Source: a virus
Lineage: Duplodnaviria; Caudoviricetes
Direction: 5' to 3' (one strand)
Virus record (IMG/VR): IMGVR_UViG_3300048550_000320
Span: 1-35,310 of that record
Length of the DNA: 35,310 nt
Below, piece by piece: positions 26,120-34,836 of this stretch. The notes under the pieces are model-generated. The model did not search any database, was not told the origin of the DNA, and saw nothing but the letters and a program-made list of their open reading frames with translations. The first letter of the stretch is position 1. Each line of letters opens with the position of its first letter. The position numbers and the translations under genes were made by a program.

Positions 26120-27646
26120 ATGATAATGAAAAAAGATAAATTCAAAAATATATTTAGTGGACTAACTATAGCATATGGACAATATCAACCGGGAGAACGT
26201 GGAGAAAATGGAAAGCAACAAGGAAAAGCTTTTATTGTACGTGGTACCGTCACCGAAGAACTCTGGACAAATCATCTTGAAGGAAAAGGCGCAGCCCTTG
26301 GAATCATCCCTATTACACAAAATAATGATTGTAGGTGGGGGTGCATTGATATTGACGAATATAACTTTGATCACATTGGCCTCATTAAAAGTATTAGGGA
26401 TCATAATTTACCCTTAATAGTTTGCCGTAGTAAATCAGGCGGCGCACACGTATTTTTATTTACACGAGAAAATATTCCCGCATCATTGATGCAATCAAAA
26501 TTAAAACAAATGGCAGTCATACTTGGTTATGAAGGGTCAGAAATATTTCCAAAACAAACAGAAATACTAGTGGATCGTGGGGACACTGGTAATTTTTTAA
26601 ATTTACCCTACTACAATGACATGAAAGGATTGCGTTATGCTATCAACGATAATGGCACCGGTTGTACACTTGAGGAATTTTATCAGCTCTATGATGTTTA
26701 CAGTTGTACGAAAGAAAAAGTCGAAGCAATCAAAACAGAAGAAAAAAAAATAGAAGAAGCATTTCCTGGTGGCCCTCCTTGCTTAAATAAGTTAGCTTCA
26801 ATTGGTTTCGGGGAGGGCTCTAGGAATAATGCATTATTTAATATTGCAGTTTATTACAAACAATCTGCACCAGATGAATGGGAAGATAAAATTGTAGGAG
26901 CAAATTTAAAATATATGGAACCACCATTAAGTAATAGTGAGGTCCAACAATTAATTAAATCAGTAAACAGAAAAGGTTATGACAAGTATAGGTGTAAAGA
27001 TGCACCTATTAATGCAGTATGTCAATCTGGTTTATGTAGAACTAAAAGATTTGGTGTAGGGTATGGGGAAGAAGAGATGCCTGTACTTGGAAGTTTAACA
27101 AAATATTCATCTACACCACCGGAATGGTTTTTGGATGTAGATAAAAAAAGAATACAATTAAAATCGGAACAACTTTATAATCCAGGTATGTTTGCATTAG
27201 CATGTTTAGATCAAGCTAACCTAGTAGTGCCTGTACCAAAACCAAAAGATTGGAAACAACATTTTTTAAAACCAATGATGACAGGATTACAAGAAGTAGA
27301 GCCATTAGAATCTTTAAATCCTGTTAATGAATTAACTGGGTTACTTCAAGATTGGACAACCAATAGACAATCAGCAAGAGTTATAGATGATGTATTTAAT
27401 AAACTACCTTTTACTGAAGAAGGTTTTACATATTTTAGAATGGAAGATTTTTATAATTTTTGTAAAAGAAATCATTGGGAAAAAGATAAAACTCAAACAG
27501 GTAATTTATTAAAACAATTAGACGTATTTGTAGAAGAGGAGAGAGTAAGAGTTAAGAAACAACAACCAAGACTAATTAAAATTAAAACAATGAAACAGAC
27601 AGAGGCGTCAGTTTCTAAAACAACATACCAGGAGGAACATTTTTAA
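26120..27646 (+). CDS. AEP-superfamily primase (PrimPol-like) with PriCT-like domain
   Basis: CIDID (motif I), RSKSGGAHVFLF (motif II), GNFLNLPY; PPCL...GEGSRNNALF; no Walker A. Confidence 0.75.
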   Translation: MIMKKDKFKNIFSGLTIAYGQYQPGERGENGKQQGKAFIVRGTVTEELWTNHLEGKGAALGIIPITQNNDCRWGCIDIDEYNFDHIGLIKSIRDHNLPLIVCRSKSGGAHVFLFTRENIPASLMQSKLKQMAVILGYEGSEIFPKQTEILVDRGDTGNFLNLPYYNDMKGLRYAINDNGTGCTLEEFYQLYDVYSCTKEKVEAIKTEEKKIEEAFPGGPPCLNKLASIGFGEGSRNNALFNIAVYYKQSAPDEWEDKIVGANLKYMEPPLSNSEVQQLIKSVNRKGYDKYRCKDAPINAVCQSGLCRTKRFGVGYGEEEMPVLGSLTKYSSTPPEWFLDVDKKRIQLKSEQLYNPGMFALACLDQANLVVPVPKPKDWKQHFLKPMMTGLQEVEPLESLNPVNELTGLLQDWTTNRQSARVIDDVFNKLPFTEEGFTYFRMEDFYNFCKRNHWEKDKTQTGNLLKQLDVFVEEERVRVKKQQPRLIKIKTMKQTEASVSKTTYQEEHF

Positions 27647-27864
27647 TGAAAAAGTTTAACTTAACTAAAAAACAATTAGAACTTTTTAATTTTATTAAAA
27701 AATATATTGATAAAAATAATATGGCACCTTCTTATGAAGAGATGAAAGCAGGTACAGGAGTATCCAGTAAGTGTTTAATTTTTTCAAAAGTTAATCAATT
27801 ACAAGAAAGAGGGTGGATAGAAAAATTGCCCGGAAAAAATAGGAGTATAATAATAAAAATATGA
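27646..27864 (+). CDS. Stand-alone LexA-like winged-HTH DNA-binding domain
   Basis: LTKKQLELFNFI...APSYEEMK..TGVSSK...LQERGWIEKLPGKNRSI aligns with the LexA N-domain; no peptidase domain. Confidence 0.8.
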   Translation: MKKFNLTKKQLELFNFIKKYIDKNNMAPSYEEMKAGTGVSSKCLIFSKVNQLQERGWIEKLPGKNRSIIIKI

Positions 27865-29369
27865 AAACAATAATATTAGGACCACCTGGAACAGGCAAGA
27901 CAACAACACTGTTAAATCTGGTAGATGAATTTATACAAGACGGTGTAAGACCTAAACAAATTGGGTACTTTTCGTTTACTAAAAAAGCCGCAACAGAGGC
28001 TGCAACTAGAGCCGCAGATAAATTTAGTTTAGATATAGAAAATGATTTAAGTAATTTTAGAACACTACATTCTTATGCGTTTAATCAATTAGGAATGACT
28101 AAAGAAAAAATGATGGGTAAGGAAGACTATAGAGAATTTGGTGAAAAATGTGGCATACCTATTAAGGTTGCAAAATTTTCAGAAGGAGATGGTACTTTCA
28201 ATTCAGATAATGAATATCTAACAATCATAAATACAGCTGCAGTTAAAAGAATAGATCTACTAGAATACTATGATTCAAGACAAAACATTTTAGACATAGA
28301 AAGAAATACTTTATTTTTATTGGCAGAAGAACTTGATAGATTTAAAAAAGAAAAAGGTCTGAAAGATTTTAATGATCTATTAGAAGATTATATTAAAAAA
28401 GAATCTACCAATAGTTTTAAAGTATTGTTTATAGATGAAGCACAAGACTTATCTTTGCTACAATGGGAGATGGTTAGAAAACTTTGGGCTAATGCAGAAA
28501 AAACTTACATTGCAGGAGATGATGATCAAGCAATATTTAAATGGGCCGGAGCAGATGTTGATCATTTTATAACCCTTAAAGAAGAGGTTAATGATATAAA
28601 AATATTAGATCAGTCTTACCGTATACCTGGTGGGCCTATTCACGAACTATCACAAAACATTATAAATAAAGTACAAAATAGATTTGATAAAAATTATAAA
28701 CCAAGAACGGAGCAAGGATTATTACGTAGATACTCTGATATCACACAAGTAGATATGAGTGAGGGTAACTGGTTAGTGTTATCTTCTGCTAATTACTTTT
28801 TAGATGATGCTAAAGACTTATGTGAAATTCAAGGATGGTATTATAAATATAAAGGACGTAATTCTATACCGTTAAAATTATTATTGGCATTAAATAATTG
28901 GGAGCACTGGCGTAAGGGTGAACTTTTAAATCATTTAGAAATTAAAAATATATATGAATATCTTGGATCAAATGTATTACCTGGATTTCAAAAAGGTAAG
29001 ACTCTACATTCTGATGAAAAGTATACACTGCAAGACTGTAAAGATAAACATGGTTTAGTAATAGATAAAGTTTGGTACGAATCTTTTGAAGGACTCGATA
29101 CTATTACTGAAAACTACATTCGTAACATGAGGGCGAATGGTGAAACATTAAATAAAAATCCTCGTATAACAATGTCAACTATACACGGAGCGAAAGGAGG
29201 AGAAGCTGATAAAGTTTTATTGATGCAAGACATAACAGGCGCTGCACTCGAAACATTTAGTTATGATCCAGATGAACTACATAGATTATTTTATACTGGA
29301 GCGACGAGAGCGAAGCGTGAATTGCATGTCTTGGACCCAAAAGATTTTGATCGGGCTTATATACTATGA
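27861..29369 (+). CDS. UvrD/Rep-like SF1 helicase
   Basis: GPPGTGKT, SFTKKAA, RTLHS, IDEAQD, GDDDQAIF, QSYR, STIHGAKGGE and YTGATRAK motifs. Confidence 0.9.
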   Translation: MKTIILGPPGTGKTTTLLNLVDEFIQDGVRPKQIGYFSFTKKAATEAATRAADKFSLDIENDLSNFRTLHSYAFNQLGMTKEKMMGKEDYREFGEKCGIPIKVAKFSEGDGTFNSDNEYLTIINTAAVKRIDLLEYYDSRQNILDIERNTLFLLAEELDRFKKEKGLKDFNDLLEDYIKKESTNSFKVLFIDEAQDLSLLQWEMVRKLWANAEKTYIAGDDDQAIFKWAGADVDHFITLKEEVNDIKILDQSYRIPGGPIHELSQNIINKVQNRFDKNYKPRTEQGLLRRYSDITQVDMSEGNWLVLSSANYFLDDAKDLCEIQGWYYKYKGRNSIPLKLLLALNNWEHWRKGELLNHLEIKNIYEYLGSNVLPGFQKGKTLHSDEKYTLQDCKDKHGLVIDKVWYESFEGLDTITENYIRNMRANGETLNKNPRITMSTIHGAKGGEADKVLLMQDITGAALETFSYDPDELHRLFYTGATRAKRELHVLDPKDFDRAYIL

Positions 29370-29677
29370 AATTACCAAAACAAAAGAAAACAAATACTCG
29401 AGAAGAAAAAGAAGTGCTTCAAAATTATTTTATAAAATGTCGTAATTTTTTTTTAGATTCCTATGAAAAAGATACTAAAATAATTGAAGATAATTTTCCT
29501 CTTTATGCAGTAGATAAAACTCAAGTACCTTGTTTATTAACTATGGACATAATTACACATTCAAAATTTACTATGAATGAAAAAGAATTTTTATCTTATA
29601 AAGCTTTTGTTCAAGACGTATTAGATGGTTGGAGACCTCCTCTTGGATTAGAAGTTATTGAAGGAGGAAAAAAATGA
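29366..29677 (+). CDS. Hypothetical protein
   Basis: ATGA overlaps at both ends. Confidence 0.6.
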   Translation: MKLPKQKKTNTREEKEVLQNYFIKCRNFFLDSYEKDTKIIEDNFPLYAVDKTQVPCLLTMDIITHSKFTMNEKEFLSYKAFVQDVLDGWRPPLGLEVIEGGKK

Positions 29678-29865
29678 ACTGCTGGCACTGCAACACTGAA
29701 CTAATTTGGGGTGGAGATCACGACATCGAAGACAATGAAGACTATGATATTATAAGTAATTTATCTTGTCCAAACTGTCATTCAGCTGTGGATGTTTATC
29801 ATCCATCAGAAAAATTAATAAAAGAATATAAAGATTATGAGGAGAAACAAAATGACAAACAGTGA
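29674..29865 (+). CDS. Small Zn-ribbon protein
   Basis: CWHC...CPNC; AGGAGG RBS. Confidence 0.7.
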   Translation: MNCWHCNTELIWGGDHDIEDNEDYDIISNLSCPNCHSAVDVYHPSEKLIKEYKDYEEKQNDKQ

Positions 29866-30091
29866 AATATTTAAAAAAGCTGCATACGACTCACTAGATA
29901 AACAGGTTGGTGGAAAACACTACAAAAACATGAAAATTCAACCCGCTGAATTTATAAACGAAAATAAGTTGCTTTTTGCAGAGGGCAACGCTATAAAATA
30001 TATCTGTAGACACCAGTCAAAGGGAAAAGAAGAGGACGTGAAGAAGGCAATACATTATTTAGAAATGATACTTGAAAGGGATTACTCATGA
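29852..30091 (+). CDS. DUF3310 (T7 gp1.7-like nucleotide kinase family) protein
   Basis: QVGGKHY...IQPAEFI...FAEGNAIKYICR...EDVKKAIHYLE; start at ATG 29852 after GAGGAG. Confidence 0.75.
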   Translation: MTNSEIFKKAAYDSLDKQVGGKHYKNMKIQPAEFINENKLLFAEGNAIKYICRHQSKGKEEDVKKAIHYLEMILERDYS

Positions 30092-31950
30092 GGAGTACTC
30101 AAATTCCTTTGTTTACACCACAAACGGAATGGGTAATGCCTGATGAACTTAAAGATTTAAAAGGTCATAAAGAAATATCAATTGATTTAGAAACAAATGA
30201 TCCATATTTAATGACACTAGGGTCAGGTAATGTCACCGGTAGAGGTCACATTGCGGGCGTTGCAGTGGCTGTAGAGGGTTGGTCCGGATATTTTCCTATT
30301 CAACATGAATCTGGTGGGAACATGGATAGAAAATTAGTTTTATCATGGTTACAAGATGTTTGTAATCAACCAGATACTACCTTTATATTTCATAATGCAA
30401 TGTATGATGTTTGTTGGTTAAGGGCAGCAGGTGTTAATGTTAAAGGTAAAATTGTAGATACAATGATTGCAGCGTCTTTGATAGATGAAAACAGAATGTC
30501 TTATGCATTAAATACATTAGCTAAATTTTATGTAGGTATTGGTAAGGACGAAAGTATTTTACAAGCTGCAGCAAAAGAATATGGACTTGATCCTAAAAAA
30601 GATATGTGGAGATTACCCGCGCTTTTTGTTGGACAGTACGCGGAGCGTGATGCGGAGGCTACACTTAAACTTTGGCAAAGATTAAAAATAGAATTATATA
30701 ATCAAGAACTAATGGATGTCTTTACATTAGAGACAAAACTATTTCCTTGTTTAGTTGATATGAGATTCAAAGGAGTAAGAGTTGATTTAGAGAAAGCAGC
30801 TAAAATTAAAAAAAATCTTATGCAACGTGAAGCTAAAATTGTTAGTAAAATCAAAGAGTTGACAGGAGTTAATGTAGAAATACACGCAGCTCGAAGTATT
30901 GCAAAAGCGTTTGATAATTTAAAACTACCTTATGATAGAACAGAAAAAAGTAAGGAACCAAGTTTTACAAAAAACTTTTTACAAAACCATCCACATGAAC
31001 TACCTAAACTAATTGCAGATGCAAGAGAGATAAACAAAGCTCACACTACATTTATAGATTCAATTACTAAACACGCAGTTGATGGTAGAATACACGCAGA
31101 CATAAATCAAATACGATCAGATGCAGGTGGGACCGTGACTGGTAGATTCTCTATGAGCAATCCAAACTTACAGCAGATTCCAGCGAGGCACCCGGAACTC
31201 GGACCGATGATTAGATCTATATTTATTCCAGAAGAAAAAACTGTTTGGGGATCGTTTGACTACTCACAACAAGAACCTAGAATTTTAGTGCATTATGCAA
31301 AGTTACAAAACTTAATGGGTGTAGATGAAATTGTAGATGCATACAATGCAGGTGACGCAGACTTTCACCAGGTTGTAGCAGACATGGCGGGTATTGAACG
31401 TAAGCAAGCCAAAACAATTAATTTAGGATTAATGTATGGTATGGGTAAAAATAAATTAATGGCAGAACTAGGTTTAATGAAAGAATCTGCTGAAAAATTA
31501 ATTAAACAATATCATACAAAGGCCCCCTTCGTTAAACAACTAATGGATAATGTATCTCGTAAGGCAAATGATCGTGGTAAAATTAGAACATTGGGTGGTA
31601 GAGCCTGTCATTTTGATCTATGGCAACCAACACAGTTTGGTATATTTAAACCATTACCTTTAGAACAGGCTAGAAAAGAGTATGATGAACCATTAAAACG
31701 TGCATTTACTTACAAAGCATTAAACAAATTAATACAAGGTAGTGCTGCAGATATGACAAAAAAATCTATGGTAGCTTTGTATGAAAATGGTATAATACCT
31801 CACATTCAAATTCATGATGAGGTAGATATCTCTGTTGAGTCTGATGCAAAGGCAGAGAAAATTATTGAGATAATGGAATCTGCTGTGGAACTACAGGTTC
31901 CAAACAAAGTCGATTATGAGAAGGGAGAAAACTGGGGTGAAATTAAATAA
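30088..31950 (+). CDS. polA: Family A DNA polymerase with 3'-5' exonuclease
   Basis: Exo IDLET, FHNAMYD, YAERD; TGRFSMSNPNLQQIP; motif A DYSQQEPR; motif B RKQAKTINLGLMYG; motif C IHDEV. Confidence 0.95.
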   Translation: MRSTQIPLFTPQTEWVMPDELKDLKGHKEISIDLETNDPYLMTLGSGNVTGRGHIAGVAVAVEGWSGYFPIQHESGGNMDRKLVLSWLQDVCNQPDTTFIFHNAMYDVCWLRAAGVNVKGKIVDTMIAASLIDENRMSYALNTLAKFYVGIGKDESILQAAAKEYGLDPKKDMWRLPALFVGQYAERDAEATLKLWQRLKIELYNQELMDVFTLETKLFPCLVDMRFKGVRVDLEKAAKIKKNLMQREAKIVSKIKELTGVNVEIHAARSIAKAFDNLKLPYDRTEKSKEPSFTKNFLQNHPHELPKLIADAREINKAHTTFIDSITKHAVDGRIHADINQIRSDAGGTVTGRFSMSNPNLQQIPARHPELGPMIRSIFIPEEKTVWGSFDYSQQEPRILVHYAKLQNLMGVDEIVDAYNAGDADFHQVVADMAGIERKQAKTINLGLMYGMGKNKLMAELGLMKESAEKLIKQYHTKAPFVKQLMDNVSRKANDRGKIRTLGGRACHFDLWQPTQFGIFKPLPLEQARKEYDEPLKRAFTYKALNKLIQGSAADMTKKSMVALYENGIIPHIQIHDEVDISVESDAKAEKIIEIMESAVELQVPNKVDYEKGENWGEIK

Positions 31951-32600
31951 TGGCATACTTAAACGCAAACATACCAACTGTATACGCACAAATAAGAAAA
32001 GAATATTTATATGATCTTAAAAAAGGCCATGGAGAAGTTGAAGAGTGTATTATCTTTGGCATTACTAGTATGGGGGGCCGTGCTATATTATTTCACGCTC
32101 TTATGGGCAACGGTGCAATATTTTATCGCCTACCAATTAGCGCGTTTATTCAAAAGGGATTTGACCCATCCGGAGTGCCCACAAGACGACTTGATGAATT
32201 GGAGCTTTGGAATTGTTTTTCTTACTATCCTACTGTCACTCATTGGTCTATTTTAAGCGCAGCTTCTGGTTATTATTTTGGTAAAGATAAAAAGAAACAC
32301 TACGGTTCTTATTTATTTACTGTTGACTGGGGACATCCAGATGCTAATATTATAGATACCGATCATTCGGAAATACCGCAAGAACATAAATGCGCACACA
32401 TAATTGCATTAGATGATGGCAATTTTGCAGCACAACCAAACAATAGATGTATTTGGGATCTACCTTCCTTTACCGTAAAAGATAACATTCCGGATTGGAA
32501 AGTACAAACTAATGAATGGAACGTAGAAGATTCTGGTAAATGGAGAACTTCCGATACTGATGATTTCTTTTACGAAATTGAGGAGCAAAAAAATGATTAA
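31950..32600 (+). CDS. Conserved hypothetical phage protein
   Basis: TAATG coupling; YLFTVDW...EHKCAH...GNFAAQPNNR pattern; function unknown. Confidence 0.75.
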   Translation: MAYLNANIPTVYAQIRKEYLYDLKKGHGEVEECIIFGITSMGGRAILFHALMGNGAIFYRLPISAFIQKGFDPSGVPTRRLDELELWNCFSYYPTVTHWSILSAASGYYFGKDKKKHYGSYLFTVDWGHPDANIIDTDHSEIPQEHKCAHIIALDDGNFAAQPNNRCIWDLPSFTVKDNIPDWKVQTNEWNVEDSGKWRTSDTDDFFYEIEEQKND

Positions 32601-32694
32601 TAAAATTAAAAGCATGACTAACAAGTGTTGGTGCAATCACAAAATATGTGTAATTATAATTGCAGTTCTTGTTGTAGCTTACATAGTGAAATAG
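32593..32694 (+). CDS. 33-aa membrane peptide (not in ORF track)
   Basis: GAGGAG RBS; MINKIKSMTNKCWCNHKICVIIIAVLVVAYIVK. Confidence 0.55.
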   Translation: MINKIKSMTNKCWCNHKICVIIIAVLVVAYIVK

Positions 32695-32713
32695 AATTAT
32701 GGAGATAGCCAGG

Positions 32714-32791
32714 ATGAATTATTATTTTACAGGCTTACTAATTGTAATGTTAGTTGTCCTGGCTTTCTGTGGAGGACCGCATGCCCAATAA
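32714..32791 (+). CDS. 25-aa membrane peptide (not in ORF track)
   Basis: GGAG upstream; MNYYFTGLLIVMLVVLAFCGGPHAQ (alternative start 32699). Confidence 0.45.
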   Translation: MNYYFTGLLIVMLVVLAFCGGPHAQ

Positions 32792-33161
32792 ACCATTGGA
32801 TATCGGAGAAGAGGCTAGAGTACAGATGCCAATGAAGACGGTTGCTAGCCTGATCGTTCTCGTAGCGATGGGCGTGTTCGCATATACGGAGCTGACGGCG
32901 AGGTTGGTATCGTTGGAGACATCACGTGAGTTGTTTGAGAATGATTTGTTAAAGAAAAGTGAACAAGTGCCCACGGACCAGGAGCAACATTTTTTAATCG
33001 AAGATTTGTACAAGTCCGTTGAGAAAATGGAACAGACTCAAGAAATGAACATGACTAACAAAGTCAACATAGAATTTTTAAGAGAACAATTAGATAAAGC
33101 GTTAACTGATATAGAAGTGTTAAAAGATAAGGTAAGACAAAATGGCAACGGGACGCATTAG
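32781..33161 (+). CDS. Single-TM coiled-coil protein
   Basis: GGAGG RBS before ATG 32781; TM VASLIVLVAMGVFAY followed by coiled coil. Confidence 0.65.
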   Translation: MPNKPLDIGEEARVQMPMKTVASLIVLVAMGVFAYTELTARLVSLETSRELFENDLLKKSEQVPTDQEQHFLIEDLYKSVEKMEQTQEMNMTNKVNIEFLREQLDKALTDIEVLKDKVRQNGNGTH

Positions 33162-33312
33162 TAGAAAAGTTTTAGATCATATCGCACAGATAAACAAAGA
33201 AAACAAAGCTATGAGTTTATCAAAAAATTTAAAAAAAGAAGTAGAAACCGGCAAGCATGGTACACAAAAGTATGTAATCAAGCAAGGTGAAAACAAAGGT
33301 AAAATTTTATGA
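33142..33312 (+). CDS. 56-aa basic hypothetical protein (not in ORF track)
   Basis: AAGG RBS; MATGRISRKVLDHIAQINKENKAMSLSKNLKKEVETGKHGTQKYVIKQGENKGKIL; fills the gap with ATGA overlap. Confidence 0.6.
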   Translation: MATGRISRKVLDHIAQINKENKAMSLSKNLKKEVETGKHGTQKYVIKQGENKGKIL

Positions 33313-33521
33313 CAGAATTAGTTATAGCTTTACTCATGATTGTACACGGAGAGATTAAGGAAGCACGTATTCAACCCTCAATGTCTGAATGTTTGAAGGG
33401 TAAAAGAGTCGCGAAACGTGAAGCTAAATCTCACATAAAGTACCAGTGCCTAAAACAAATGGCCGAGCTTGAAAAAAATATAGATGGATCTTTGTCGATA
33501 AAAAAGCTAATACTAGAATAA
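33309..33521 (+). CDS. Small protein with hydrophobic N-terminus and Cys pair
   Basis: LVIALLMIV...SECLKG...YQCL. Confidence 0.6.
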   Translation: MTELVIALLMIVHGEIKEARIQPSMSECLKGKRVAKREAKSHIKYQCLKQMAELEKNIDGSLSIKKLILE

Positions 33522-33757
33522 TGACAAAGAAAAGATTAAGATTTCAAACGGAAGTTGTTGATGGTAAATGCCCAACATGTGATCAATTCACTGTATTAGT
33601 TAGCATTGACCGAGATTTTTTTAGGTGTATGAGTTGTGGATCAGATTTAGAACAACATGTAAATGGTAAGATAACTTATCTACCAGTTATAACAGCACCG
33701 AAGGATGCAAAACCATTTGTTAAAGAATGGTTAGACGACGATGGCGAAAAAGTTTAA
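33521..33757 (+). CDS. Zn-ribbon protein
   Basis: CPTC...CMSC; TAATG coupling. Confidence 0.65.
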   Translation: MTKKRLRFQTEVVDGKCPTCDQFTVLVSIDRDFFRCMSCGSDLEQHVNGKITYLPVITAPKDAKPFVKEWLDDDGEKV

Positions 33758-33878
33758 AGATTTTGTAGGACACGAAGCTACATTTCATAAGACATCAATT
33801 GGACGTACTCCAAGTAAATGTAAAATGAATAAATCAAAACGTCGTTCGTGGAAAAAATATCGAGGCCAAGGAAAATAA
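33741..33878 (+). CDS. 45-aa highly basic protein ending KKYRGQGK (not in ORF track)
   Basis: MAKKFKDFVGHEATFHKTSIGRTPSKCKMNKSKRRSWKKYRGQGK; I recall similar YRGQG-ending micro-proteins from marine phages. Confidence 0.7.
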   Translation: MAKKFKDFVGHEATFHKTSIGRTPSKCKMNKSKRRSWKKYRGQGK

Positions 33879-33879
33879 T

Positions 33880-34119
33880 ATGAAATGGATGTTAGTAGTT
33901 TATATATGCTCTGCAATGGAGGGCGAATGTAGAACTCCGCCGGAGTATCCATCTATTAAAAACACATACTATGAATGTGTCCAAGATGGGTTGGGTGATG
34001 CATATGAAATATTATTTGGGTCTAATAGTATATTCACTCCAGAAATAATACTCAACTCACAGTTGTATCCACAATACAAATGTACTCCCGTAAGAGACGA
34101 AGATAAAATAGCTACTTAA
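33880..34119 (+). CDS. Small Cys-rich protein with hydrophobic N-terminus
   Basis: MKWMLVVYICSAMEGEC...YYECVQDG...YKC. Confidence 0.65.
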   Translation: MKWMLVVYICSAMEGECRTPPEYPSIKNTYYECVQDGLGDAYEILFGSNSIFTPEIILNSQLYPQYKCTPVRDEDKIAT

Positions 34120-34134
34120 GAATTATTCTAAACT

Positions 34135-34166
34135 GTCTGTCCGTCCCAAGAAAGGGACGAACAAAC
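34135..34166 (-). other. 13-bp RNA hairpin (fully paired only on minus strand)
   Basis: Minus strand GUUUGUUCGUCCC-UUUCUU-GGGACGGACAGAC, with two G-U pairs that become C-A mismatches on the plus strand. Confidence 0.6.
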
Positions 34167-34211
34167 AAAAGGTGTGAGAAGAGACTTTCTTTTTATATTA
34201 AAAAAAATTGT

Positions 34212-34241
34212 TTGACAAGCATTCATTTATTGGTATAGATT
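34212..34241 (+). promoter_or_regulatory. Sigma70-like promoter
   Basis: A-tract UP-like element, perfect TTGACA at 34212, TGGTATAGATT -10 region. Confidence 0.6.
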
Positions 34242-34270
34242 CCCATATATTATTAACAAAGAAAGGAAAT

Positions 34271-34465
34271 ATGAGAAATTTTCATTACGAAGTAAAAATA
34301 GATTTTGCATATTCTACAGGTGGTGGAGTAGGTAAACCAAAGACTGAAAAAGAAATACAAGCAGAGGCTTTGTCTTTGATGCAACATATTTTAGAAACAA
34401 GAAAAACTCAACCAAAATGGTTTAAAGTAAAAAAGGAGTATATAAAAAATGGCAGATCCAAATAA
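34271..34465 (+). CDS. Hypothetical protein
   Basis: Start reassigned to ATG 34271 after AAAGGA RBS (MRNFHYEVK...). Confidence 0.6.
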   Translation: MRNFHYEVKIDFAYSTGGGVGKPKTEKEIQAEALSLMQHILETRKTQPKWFKVKKEYIKNGRSK

Positions 34466-34628
34466 ATTCAAATCAGTATCTGTGCCAATAGATACTTATA
34501 AGAAATTAAATTTTTTAGCTGATGGTAAGTTTTTAGATGCGCAACTTACAATTAGTAAAACCATTGAAGCACTAGCTAGTCGTGCAGCAAAGAAGTTAGG
34601 ATATAAAAATGGCAAAACAAAAGATTAA
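34449..34628 (+). CDS. 59-aa ribbon-helix-helix-like DNA-binding protein (not in ORF track)
   Basis: AAGGAG RBS; FKSVSVPIDTYKKLNFLA...TISKTIEALA strand-helix-helix pattern. Confidence 0.6.
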   Translation: MADPNKFKSVSVPIDTYKKLNFLADGKFLDAQLTISKTIEALASRAAKKLGYKNGKTKD

Positions 34629-34836
34629 AGTTATATGTGACCATTGTAAAGGCAATGGTTACTTAAGAGAGAGTAATGGTTCTTATACCGAAGTACATCA
34701 ATGTCCTACTTGTAATTCACAAGGCGAAGTAATGGCTGAAATATATGAACAATTACTTAATACTATTCCCGAAGGAGCAACCGGGAAAGAAATTGCTGAA
34801 ATATTAGAAGGCGATAAGAAAGTCACGCTTCAATGA
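34609..34836 (+). CDS. DnaJ-type Zn-finger protein
   Basis: CDHCKGNG...CPTCNSQG (CxxCxGxG-like pair). Confidence 0.65.
   Translation: MAKQKIKVICDHCKGNGYLRESNGSYTEVHQCPTCNSQGEVMAEIYEQLLNTIPEGATGKEIAEILEGDKKVTLQ

Noticed and set aside
3131-34270. Track start codons at 3131, 12474, 24311, 29837, 32754 and 34208
   Set aside because: Downstream ATGs (3170, 12492, 24254, 29852, 32781, 34271) fit RBS or coupling better and avoid overlapping promoters or upstream genes.
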